A DNA stretch of 64,000 bases from Octopus vulgaris (taxonomy: Eukaryota). The stretch lies in NCBI GenBank assembly GCA_951406725.2, contig OX597832.1, positions 13,640,001-13,704,000 on the forward strand. Reading direction: 5' to 3'. Made by a program: the position numbers and the translations under genes. Under the pieces are notes generated by a model that was not told the DNA's origin, ran no database searches, and was given only the letters and a program-made list of their open reading frames with translations. Of the stretch, positions 10,631-22,458 are shown one piece after another (positions within the stretch are counted from its first letter, which is position 1; the number at the start of each line of letters is the position of its first letter).

Positions 10631-13600
10631 TGGAAACACGTGTAGAGTGGTTCGCTATCATGATAGATATAATTATATGCGTGAGTTTCTGTAAGTTTAT
10701 CTGTGTGGGTGAAGGTGTGTTTGCACTCGCGAGCGTGTGTGAAGAAACAAAACTTTCGTATACTTATTACCTATTTGACATTTTTTTTTTAAATGTAGAA
10801 TTAATATTTTCTCCCACGAGAATAATTAAATTCTTCACGAAATGCATTTCACAATTGAAACTAGAAACTTCTGCCGATTTTCAATTGAAATGCTTTGTGA
10901 ATTTTTTCTCATTAGTTTTAAATACATTGGAATATAAAAACGTTTTTTTATCATAAGCTTCATCTCCGCACGTACACGTTTTCCTATTCAATCAGTATGA
11001 TCCTACATTCGATATAAACTATTCGTGCTTTTGTTGTTTTCCATTTGTAGAATTATATCATATGTTATCTACCGTCGCTCTTTTGTTTTTACAATTGTTT
11101 TTCCTCTCCTTTAAAATTCTATCAATCTTTCTATTGACTTAAACTCATTAATATACACAACATGTATAAATACGTAAACTAAATATCTTCATTTATCGGC
11201 ATCTACAACTATTGTCTAAACAATACATTTAGCTTTCCTATTACTCGATGATGAATTAGCCAGGAGACATTGCAATGAAAAACGTGACCCTTTGATCTCT
11301 ATCGTTCTCACTGTCTCTCTAGATATTTTGTGGAAGCAATTCACTCACCTTCTTCATTCATATCAACTATTTTTTCTTTATTTCATTATCTTTTTACCTT
11401 TTCGCCATCTCATTTGATATATGCCCCAAGAAACTTATCTAATCAATTACTTGCTAATTTTATTCTGTCCTTTTCTCTATAAACCTTTCTCTTCGTCATT
11501 TAATAGCAATTCAATTGGTCCTTTCCTCTTATCTGCTTTGCATTCATTCTACATTGTATTTTCCTTATTTTTCTCAACCATGATCTTTTTTTTATTTTTC
11601 TTAAACTTAGAGCATCACAAAATTAGGTGTAGAACATCTTAGAAAAAATATTTAAAATACTTTCATTTATCCTCATTTTATCCAAATTTTTATATAAGAA
11701 AATATGTCTTAATTACAAGCCCAATAACTGGAAAAAATATTAATGGCATAATTTGAAAATTAATAAGTTAATAATTTTTTGCATTTAATTATATCGAGGG
11801 AGCAAGAGTAGCGCAATCTATAAAACATTTTTTAAGGGAAAATATCTATTTTTTGTGGCATAAATACCTGAATATTTTATAAGTAGCTAAGGAATTTATA
11901 ATGTAGAACAATCTTGCATATACGCATATATAACTATGTAAATAACGACATGCATACGTCAATGTATACACATATACAAACATAAACAAACACAAACAGA
12001 CACACTCACCCACACACATGCACATATTTATATATATACGCACACACATGAATATAAAAAAAAACTATACGTAATTTTTTCCAAACGGTGAATGTCAGTG
12101 AATAATACCATTTATAACAAGGTGTGAATATCAAGTTAATCCCTCGTCATATGCCGGTTTACCTATCGCCGTTTATTATTTAAGCTTACGTGGATCCCTC
12201 TGTGGAGTTCTTTGCAATTTATAATAAAATAGATATATGGAAATAATAGAAATAATAAAAAAGATATATACAGTAGAGTACTGTTTCTACTTCGCGGAGT
12301 GTTTTGGAAAGCAACGCACGCGATAGTCGTAGAATTACTGTATGTACACGCGCACACATACACACACGCACACATGCACGCACACATATTTATATAAGTA
12401 CTCACTTGGAAATGGATACGTCGCGTTCAATTAAATCATAAATAATATATAATGAATATATTATTTAATCTATGTGTGAGTGTGTACACAAGCATATATT
12501 TGTGGAGGACGTCACTAACGGTCCAAATATCATGAAATACGTAAACAACGGGAAAAATGGAAAAGAGGACAAGTAAACACAAAGAAAGAAACCTTTCCTT
12601 AGTTGCCGTCTGTCTACTCCTCATTTCGAGCATTCAACCACAATATGTGACTTTAAAGACAGATGCTCCCATAAATTCTAAAATAAGATTTAGGATTTAT
12701 GGTGGGTCAAAGTTGTGAACAACGCATGACAGTGTGTGTGTGCTTGTGTGTGTGTGTGTGTGCGTGTGTGTGTTTGTGTGTATGCGTGTGTGTGAGTGTG
12801 AGTGTGTGTTCGCTTCTCTAGGCTTTCGTAAATGTCATTCTTACTTTGAAATATTCTAATTGCTTAAAATGTCACTCCTACAAATTAAAACAAATTCCAT
12901 GCTAACTTCTGTTATACGACTTTCAGCATGTATTAATATATTCCTAAATGTTTTATACTCACTTCTTTTTCCTTTCCACAGCGGTTTATGCTTATACAAT
13001 CAAATTAATCCTGGCGTTATTTTTCGGTAGTGGTGCATTTGAAAAAATTAATGTTTCATTGTTTCCAGAAGATATTTCGGATTTCGGTATAAAGAATATT
13101 AGTTGCTCCTAATATTTCAAAATCAGTTTTTCTTCTTTGCCTTGATATATTACACCATCTTTCACCGATGGTATCTATTTTCAACCAACAAGTATACCTT
13201 CCGTTTCTTACACACTTATATTACGATTTTTTATGAGGCACGATTTTTTATAACTATGTTTGCTAAATTAAATGGAATAATTCGATTAGTGTATTTCGGC
13301 TGAGTTGAAATAAAGTTTGTATCTATAGTTACGTACAATCACCTCTAAAATAAATGGCAATCTGTCTTGGCAGTGTTCTGAGTTAATTGAATATTATTAT
13401 ATATTGTATTTACAATTTTCTATACATTTGATTTTGCTATACGCTCAATCTAAGGAAGAAAATGGACGTTTAGAAATATTTTCAAGTCCTCATTCATATA
13501 CTGACAAGAAAAGAAAAGTAAGAGCATTTCATACTTTCGAATTATTTAATGGTCTAAAATTATTTTTTGCAGACTAGGCATAGTTTTTTCCTTTCAAATT

Positions 13601-13787
13601 ATTAACAGTTTTTTTTATCGAACTTGAAATAACTATTTTTGAGAATACTGTTTAGACATATTACTTTGGATTATACGATTTCTGGCCATTCTCAACAGAA
13701 TTTTCCAAACAGGTTTTCTCAGACCCACACCCACTCGCACCTACACAAACATCACACATACACGCACACACCCTTATGTACACACAT

Positions 13788-13860
<73 letters not shown>

Positions 13861-14924
13861 CAAGAATAAATACACACGTACATACATGAGTAGGCAAAAA
13901 TATATGTAATACCTTTTTCCGAACGGTAAATGACTAAGTAAATAATACCCTAATAGTAAATCTGAGAATGTTTTAAACTGGGGAGGATACAATATTGAGT
14001 CAGCTTTGATCACCCTTAAAATTAAATCATTTGCTGATAAAATTTAACAGCATAAAATAGAGCATTTTTTGCACGTTCCACCTTTGATGGTTTTTGTAAA
14101 TAACGTAAATGATTACATTAACCTTTATTATTAGTCGAATCATCACTTTTCTTTCTCGTGCAATCCCTTTTGATATATAGATTTTGATGTTATGTATTTT
14201 AAATGTAATTTTGAATTGATTTTATGTTTTATATTTTATATTTCAGATTTTCCCACTTTCGCAGCTAGGTTCCGGATTTAGTCCTACTCGTGGCAAAGTG
14301 AGCAAGTGCTTTTTTTATAGCTTCGAGATATCCAAAGACGCGTAAGTGGATGTGGTAGAAGGAAACTGAAATGACGCCTGTCGTATAGGAGGGGTGCTTT
14401 AAGTAAAACAAAATTCATCAGGATCAGTAAATTATGATTTTCTTCATTATATTCCACTCTCGGATTCACACACGAATTGCAGCGGTCATTCAGGTTTTCT
14501 AAGCTGTGTAATGGAACTCGAAAGCTTGAAACTCCAGCTGCAACTTTTGTGATACCGTTAAAACCAGCAACCCTTCAGTACTCTCTCTCATATATATATA
14601 AATCTATATGTATGTTTGCATATCCATCTATCTATGTATCTAACTATTTATCTATTTCCCTCTCTCTCTCTCTATCTTTCTCTCTCTCTATATATATATT
14701 TTACTCTTTATCTTTTATTAAACTTTTAATACTTTTGATATATATTTAAAATAATATAAATTAAATTAATGTTATGTATTGGCTTATGTTTCTCATTGTT
14801 TGATTTGCCTAGTAGTGGTTTTATTTCTAATTTATTATAATATATATATATATATGTATATATACATACACATTCACATATAAATGATATATATATTGTG
14901 TATACAGTTATGTGCGTGTGTTTC

Positions 14925-15120
14925 CACAACACCACTTGACCGCTATACAACTGATGCTGGCGTGTTTTCCTACCTAAGTTAGCGGGTCGTCTAAGAGAGG
15001 TATAGAATATATAACGGGTTTAGAAATACACAGATAAGTACTGATGTCGTTTCATTTGACTAAAGATAATCTAAGACAGCAGCCCAGCATCATAGCAGTC
15101 TACTGATTGAAAGAAGAAAA
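14925..15120 (+). mobile_element. 3' part of SINE family D
   Basis: caactgatgctggcgtgttt...ttagcgggtcg...cccagcat...actgattgaaagaag aligns with 61028-61185. Confidence 0.65.
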
Positions 15121-15898
15121 TCGTCTTCTACCATGGAATTCCCTATCTCTCAACACATTGAACATTTTTTAAACTCTCAATACGTTACCATATTCCATAT
15201 GAAGACTTCGCATTTTATCGTGCAGAATCTGACGTAATTATCTGTGATTCTGATATGGTGCGAAAAAATTACAATATGATGCCATATTCTTAATTTCATC
15301 ACTTTGGATTAAGCACTCTTTCTTTACTTCTTAATAATTGATTCATCGTCGTTCTTTGTTTGAAATAATTGTGCTGTAACACTTTTTTCAGAACTCCGAA
15401 AGCCGTTTTAATTTCATCTGCTATAAATTTTCTAAATTTTAATCCCTTAACTAGAGTATCGATTTGTTATAATGATAATGTCTTAAATTTCTGGCATTTT
15501 TTTTTACTGTATTTGGTTGCAACAGTTATATCTCTCTGGATCGCATATAAGCCGGTTGCTACAATTTTGAGATTAGTGAGATTTTAAGTGCCATATTGTC
15601 CAAAATTAAGAAATGTACTTACTGTCAAAGTACTTTGTTTCTTTGTTTATTGTTGTTGGAGAAAATTTGAGCTTTCTATATTGAAAGTGATTTCTGTTTT
15701 ATGATGTAAATATCTTATGACCAAATATGTCTGCCTCTGCTTTGCAACCTATTTATCTAAAAATAAGTTTAGTCGTGTTTTTGTATTATTCCCATTTCGA
15801 CCATTTATAATTTGAACACGTATGAAGGATATCTAATCGTTTATGACTACGTTTTCACTTATCCTTTCTTCAAAATGGCTCACCGAAATTATATTCTT

Positions 15899-16288
15899 AC
15901 GAGCAAAACACCCCCGTCCAATGGACTGTGCTGAGTTGTCAAACATTTAAACCAAATTTTCTCAAAACAACTTGTCCGACAGTCCCATTTTGTGGCATTA
16001 TTTGAAGCCAGCCGGCTTCTTTTGCACAAACTGTACGTGCATTTTTCTCGCGTGCGCGTAGTATCGATCGCAACAGCTGATATACTTGCGCGTACAAATG
16101 CACGTTCCCATGGCTTTATCTATCGCATTCACACCTGGAATCGATTTTTGTAATTTTTTGAAAACTTCTACACTCCTTGATACCGTCGGTATCTACATAT
16201 AAAATGTGAGCGCAATCGGATTGAGGATGCCTGAGATCCTAGAAGACACATACACAGACAGCAAAACGGATCTTATATAATATATTTG
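15899..16288 (-). mobile_element. Probable decayed non-autonomous Helitron
   Basis: Right end (aatcggattgagg...acacatacacagacag...ttatata) resembles the right end of the Helitron at 20107-20489; left end acgagcaaaacacccccg resembles a degraded CTAG/hairpin end. Confidence 0.4.
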
Positions 16289-16668
16289 AGTTTGTTTTTT
16301 ATTGATGGAGGCATTTAGCTTCTTTCACAGTGTTGAAGGGTTTTTCAATTCTCCATTGACATACTTTTCATTTCCTCGTTTTCAAATATACTCTAGGAGT
16401 AGTCATTCAGCCGTGTCACTGAAATCCATTTTTTCCTTTCCTGTTTCATTTTTGTTTACACGTTTTATTTCTAATGGCGTTTGCTCCATCAGTCTTCGTT
16501 CTTGTTCAAGTTATTCCAGAACTGTTTTCATCAGTAGATTCCCTTCAATAAGTTTTTGTTCATACATACACATATACATATATGCAAATGTGTGTGTAAG
16601 TGTATGTGCAGTTGTCCGTGCGTGCATGTGTGTGTCTGTCTGTGTGTGTGTGTATATACATACATACA

Positions 16669-16704
<36 letters not shown>

Positions 16705-17194
16705 AATACGTATATACATTTATTCTGTCATTCTGTTACCCTTTCTTTCATTCTGGGTACTGATCTTTCTATCCGATATCAAACAGAAATCGTTTATATG
16801 ATTGCAAATGTATACTTCTTACGTATAATTTAAGTCATAATAGAATAACTACTTAACAATTAATCTAGTTTGAAGTAGGGTTGCAAATGTGAGACATTCA
16901 AGTACAAAGGTTGAAGGGGAAGTCAACTAATTGCGTACTCTGCCTTAAGCTTACATTTACCTTATCTACAGTCGTGTAAAATATTTCACCATTACATGCA
17001 AAGCAGCAGTTTTGAACAGAAATTACAGCTTGCATTATCTATCTATCTATCTGTCTATCTGTCTGTCTATCTTTCTCGCTCTCACTCCCTTTCTCACTCT
17101 CTCTCTCTCACTATGTATGTATATATATATATATATAATATAAATATATAAATTATATTACCAGGAGAAGGATTCAGTATTATTCATGTATTGG

Positions 17195-17239
17195 GTACAG
17201 CGTACGTTTCGAGCCATCACTCTGGGTCTCATCAGGTAC
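17195..17239 (-). ncRNA. Minimal type I hammerhead ribozyme fold (two core/stem mismatches)
   Basis: Minus strand GUAC-CUGAUGA-GACCC(agagugau)GGCUC-GAAA-CGUACG-CU-GUAC: stem I GUAC/GUAC, palindromic stem III, U16.1 replaced by C. Confidence 0.6.
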
Positions 17240-17398
17240 GTAGATATATATATATACTTCACTAGAGCTATATATATATGTATAGCGTTTTTTCAGATGG
17301 CAAGATAATCAAAGAGATGGTGTTGTGGATTTTCACCTCGGCATCCGAAACTCAGAGTTTTATCTTGGCTATTGAATAATTGTCACATATTATTTCAC

Positions 17399-17529
<131 letters not shown>

Positions 17530-17714
17530 TATAGTTAGACATACATATACGTAAATTTATACACATACACACATTATACATACATAGATATACATATAAA
17601 ATCGCGAAGGGAATAAAAAAAACCATTTACCATCTATTTCCTTGACCATGGATTCAGACGTTTTTTAGCAAATAAAATAATTTGCCAAGCGAAGTGACAT
17701 TTCATCTATCTTTA

Positions 17715-17835
17715 CATTTTCAGTTCTAATTCTACCAAATTCTTCTTTCCCATTTATCTTAATCATTTAGGTACTCGATAAAATGAGTATCAACTGAACA
17801 CTGGTGTCGATGTAATTAACTTCTCTCCCCTCAAC
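17715..17835 (+). mobile_element. Decayed SINE family B fragment
   Basis: agttctaattc...gataaaatgagtatcaactgaacactggtgtcgatgtaattaactt resembles the family B central domain. Confidence 0.5.
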
Positions 17836-17859
17836 TTCTCACCCTGCGCCATATCACCA

Positions 17860-17956
17860 GGGGCTATGGTGTAGTTGTTAAGAGCGCGGGCTACTAACCA
17901 CAAGCTTCGGAGTTCGATTCCAAGCAGTGACCTGAACAATAATAATAACAATAAAA

Positions 17957-18018
<62 letters not shown>

Positions 18019-18203
18019 ATCGTCGAAAAATACCTTAGGAATGAGAACCCATGTTCGAAATTTCCCCAATACATCTGAAGAATGCTGGAGGGTATATCAG
18101 CCGAAATGTTGTGATAACAACAAAAAAGATGGGGACAAATATCCGTCGAATGTAAATATTGTAAATAATGTACATAATTCCTCAACTCTTAAATATGAAA
18201 CTG
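17860..18203 (+). mobile_element. Composite element: tRNA-like head + (AAT)n + minimal hammerhead + 3' tail (candidate hammerhead SINE)
   Basis: A box tggtgtagttgtt (~17867), B box gagttcgattcc (17910-17921), (AAT)n 17938-18016, hammerhead core 18071-18114, tail with tgtaaata repeats. Confidence 0.7.
18071..18114 (+). ncRNA. Minimal type I hammerhead ribozyme fold
   Basis: CAU-CUGAAGA-AU-GCUGG(agggUAUA)UCAGC-C-GAAA-UG-UU-GUG: stem I CAU/GUG, 5-bp stem II, vestigial stem III; predicted cleavage after U18110. Confidence 0.6.
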
Positions 18204-18748
18204 TATTGCAAATTGTTCCATTCAATTCGGTATTTAGGTATCTTGCAAAGATCTACATTATATTCATAGAATACACAATATTGTAATACGACAGAATGAA
18301 TAATATTCTTAAGATCAACATTTACTCACTCGCGACCACATTGAGGATCTGTCAGTAATCCCTTTTTTTTTACCAAATTTGCTTAAGCTGCAAAATTTGA
18401 AATTCGGTTCAGTAGAAAGATGTGGAGATTTCTAATATACGAAGTCAAAAAGGGGGAGAATAACGCATCAAATCGACTTCCGAGATACACTTGCGACGCT
18501 GCATACATACTTTCGTAAACACACACACAGACACAATGCACACAGACTCTTTAAAACACCCATGAAGGGAAACAGAGTTGAGTGTGACGAAGACATAGCT
18601 TGAAGGCGCGTGTTGGTAACTTGACAACAATATATGACAAGTGGACTCTATTCTGCTCTCCATCGTAAATAAACTCTCACAAACACATACATACATATAT
18701 ACATATATATACTCATAATCATAAATACACACACACACATACATACAT

Positions 18749-18821
<73 letters not shown>

Positions 18822-18862
18822 TGAGAAAGTTGGTGTGTGAAAGCACTTAATTGAATATATAG

Positions 18863-18956
18863 AAAATAGTAAAAAGTGAAAAAACTACAGAATGACTCAA
18901 ATATATACTTTTAAACCTTTTAAAACAAGCCTTCTGTAGTTTTTTTCACTTTTTAC

Positions 18957-18962
<6 letters not shown>
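18863..18962. repeat. Near-perfect 30-bp inverted repeat between (TA)n tracts
   Basis: aaaatagtaaaaagtgaaaaaactacagaa / ttctgtagtttttttcactttttactatttt with a 39-nt spacer. Confidence 0.85.
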
Positions 18963-19023
<61 letters not shown>

Positions 19024-19884
19024 TATGCAGAATGATGTTACTGATGTTTAAAGTTAAATTTACACGTAATCCGAAAACAGAATTTAGAAGCTGACATCGG
19101 CATGATAGCTGACTATGACAAAATGAAAGCAAAATCATTATACGCGGAGGGATTTTATTAAACAAACGAGAAAAAAAAGCATTAAAATGACCAAAGTTAT
19201 AAGAACTTCTGAAATTTTAATAAGGTTTTTGTTTGCCTTAAAACTTTTATGCAATATTAAGCGTAGCAGAACTAAGATTATTATTTCTTTTGGTAAATTG
19301 ATGAGTTTTGTTCTTTTCAGATAGTATAATTGGATTTTCAGAGTAGTAATATTCAGATTTCTGTTTTTGTTTTCAGGCAAGTTGACGAGAACAGTAGCTG
19401 AATTGCAAGCTTCATTTATATTTTGCATGAACTTCGACTAACAAACTATATTTGCCCTAACAAGCGCACGTGGCTCCCCCTGATTTAGGTGGATGCATTG
19501 GCTATTTGTTTCAGCTTTGAAATTTTATATTAGCGATGGTTTTACAATTCATATGATCAGATTTTCTTCTTATTGTATAGTTGAAATATTCTTGGTTTTA
19601 AAATAAAATTAATATTACATTAATATTCACTTCTATACAGAAAATTATTTTTCATGATGAATTTTCGCACTTTCTTTTTAGTATTATGCACTTTGTCTCA
19701 AGATAAATATTTTATGTACAGTGAAGATATTGGCTCTAAAAGTTTCCACAGTTTTGATTACATCTCTCATTATCCAAAAAGTTCTTAATTTTAAAAGAAA
19801 TAAATATACAGGCAGCTATTTTTAGCAAAATAATATTTGTTAGTTTTATTGCATTTCCTGAAAAAAAATGTGGATTTCCATAAA

Positions 19885-21325
19885 ATATGCGAACGAATAC
19901 AGATTAATATTCTTAAGGTATTACACCTGGAAAAGAACAGAACACGATTTCTACAGCAGGATTTGCGTTATTCATCGGCTCTAAAGGAAGCTAAAAGGTT
20001 CTTGAAATTAAAATTCTACTGTACTTAAAATGACACTGTGAATAAAATTTCAAAAATCAAAATGCATGATATTCGGTAAATTTAAGACAATCTATTTTAT
20101 TCATGACTAGCAGTATCGCCCGGCGTTGCTCGGGTTTGTAAGGGAAATAACTATAAAGCATTTTTAGAGAGTTATAGCCAAAATATAGCAAAAAAATGGG
20201 AAAAAAATGATGGTAAATTTTTTTGAGAGTTAAAAAGGTCGAGTTGCGTCCCCTAGACAGTCTCTGGTTTGTGTTTCTGATTCTCGACCCCACGTCGAAT
20301 TCATCAATTTTTTTCAGAACTGGGGGAAATTTTCAAAATTTTCGCTGCGTTAGTTTTGAATTATGACATTGGGCTATGTGTGTGTCAAGTTTCATCAGAA
20401 TCGGTTGAAAGCCGTGGTCAGAGTGAGGGTACAACCTAACAGACACACAGACACGCAGACAGACAAACTGCCGTTTATATAGAGAGAGATGAGAATCTAA
20501 AACTCAAGTAAATCTTTAAAACATAATACAAAAACAATCAGAAATAAATTTAAACAAGGAAAATTTTAAACTCATGATTTTTGAAATAAAAAAAATTAAA
20601 TGATCATTTTATTTATTTGTAACAATTACAAACAATAAAATATGAAGTTGTAAATAATATTGTACAATATTGTTTTCACTTGAATTGAAATTACTTTACA
20701 CACAAAAAAATACATTGTGGAATGGTCACTAAAGGATTTCAAATCAACCATATGCTCAGTCAATATTCCACATTAAAAAAAAAGAAACAAAATTTAGTCT
20801 GACAAATAAATCATAAGTAAAATTTATTAGAATTAATACAGCAGAATTATCCTAATGCGTCTTTGACTAATTCGCTACTTTACCTAATTTGTCACTTTCA
20901 ATTCTATCATAAAAATGACTAAATGGAGGGAATTCTACTGTATTTTAAAGAAATTAATGCCATTTTATTTCATTCTTGAAATACTGCTCTTTCCAAAAAT
21001 AAGCCGTTAGGCTTAAATACAGACTTAGATAATATTGATTAACTTTTTTTCTGAAAATGATAAAAATTATTGGGGCTATACACGAAAAGAATCTCTGAAT
21101 GTACTGAAAATAGGATGGGCTTATTTTTGGAAAATCCAGTCAAGTTTTTATAATTTTTGGTTTAATAAAATGTAGTATATTTTTTTAAATGTTATTCTCG
21201 GCTGCAATATTTTAATTACAGAAGAATTTTAATTTTAAGTACACTTTAGCTTCTTTGGGATATCTTGTTCTGTACTTTTCAAGGTCTAATAATAACTTAA
21301 TATGAAAAGGCATGCGCCCGCATTT
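19885..21325. repeat. Diverged inverted repeat pair (19885-20056 / 21180-21325)
   Basis: cctggaaaagaacagaacacgat...gaagctaaaaggttcttgaaattaaaattctactgtacttaaaat vs attttaattacagaagaattttaattttaagtacactttagcttc...atcttgttctgtacttttcaagg. Confidence 0.6.
20107..20489 (-). mobile_element. Non-autonomous Helitron (383 bp)
   Basis: Minus strand starts 5'-TC (tctctctctatataaacggcag), ends with hairpin CCCGAGC-AAC-GCCGGG followed by CTAG-3', inserted between A and T with no TSD. Confidence 0.85.
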
Positions 21326-21349
21326 TTATTGCAATATATATATATATAC

Positions 21350-21720
21350 ATAATGAAAGAAAGAAGATGGAGGATTGTGAAAGTATAAATAATTAATATG
21401 TATAAGTTTATTAGGTTTTTAAAAAAAGTACAAAAGTAAATTATAAATTATAAACCTCTAACAGAAATGACATATGCCAAAAACCTACATGTGTTTCGAT
21501 TCATGCCACTAGGTGATCCTTCATCGTAAGCATTTGGGTAGCGTCATATGCTAAGAATTGGTCATCAATTTCAGGTATACATGGCAGAATCTCATCAGAG
21601 CTTCATGAGTTTATACACCAAATGTTAACATATTTCTTGAAAGGATCTAGACGAATTACTAATACGTTTAAGAAGTTAGATCGTATATGTTATGCGTGTG
21701 TATGTAGCTAGTGAATTACT
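21350..21720 (-). mobile_element. Penelope-like pseudo-LTR relic containing a hammerhead
   Basis: Hammerhead at 21481-21603 followed on the minus strand by AATAAA (plus tttatt ~21407-21412) and a (TA)n boundary. Confidence 0.5.
21481..21603 (-). ncRNA. Type I hammerhead ribozyme fold with long stem II
   Basis: Minus strand AAGCU-CUGAUGA-GAUUC-UGCCA...(~70 nt)...UGGCA-U-GAAUC-GAAA-CACAUG-UA-GGUUU; intact core, GUA cleavage triplet. Confidence 0.75.
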
Positions 21721-22135
21721 GAAGTAAGTAAAGATAAAATAAAATGACATAAAAATAGCGGTAAGGTAAGATGATAAAAGATAAAAAGTAATGAAAAATA
21801 TAAATGTATGTAACATATGTAGTATATAGATTTAAATAAAAAGAAATATGAAAGAGAAATATTATATAGTAAAATAACTGAAGGCCCAGCTAGATAGTAA
21901 AAGAAATTATCAGTCGACCGGTATAGATGAATTAATTTCCTTGGTTTGGTAATAGATACAATTCAAGGAATAAATGCCACATTTAAAATGAAGGAAAGAC
22001 TAAAGTTTTAAAAATCTTAACCTTAAGATGTATATCTTGAAAGCCATACTACATGTAAACACTTAGCCTTCAATATGTAAAGTGTATATATTCATATTAT
22101 ATATTTATACTTTCGTATATATATATATATATATA

Positions 22136-22421
22136 TCACGTGATCACGTGACCGACCAGACCATCAGATGTTGCTACACATCGCTGGTCACAATGCGTTC
22201 TCATTCTTTTAGCCTTCGAATGACGCCATCTCGTTGGCTAAGCGAGCAGGCCAACAGAAGAAAGAGTCAGAGAAAGAGTGGAGAAAGAGTACAGCAGGGA
22301 TCACCACCCCCTGCCGGAGCCTCGTGGGGCTTTAAGGTGTTTTCGCTCAATAAACACACACAACGCCCGGTCTGGGAATCGAAGGCGAGTTCGCTGCCCT
22401 AACTACCAGGCCATTGCGCCT
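22136..22421 (-). mobile_element. SINE family A, tail type B
   Basis: Reverse complement of the 1668-1973 type; small deletion in the tRNA head. Confidence 0.85.

Positions 22422-22458
<37 letters not shown>

Noticed and set aside
15120-15860. Possible minus-strand Penelope RT relic (LQHNYF-like motif)
   Set aside because: Only one short motif is recognisable; insufficient support.
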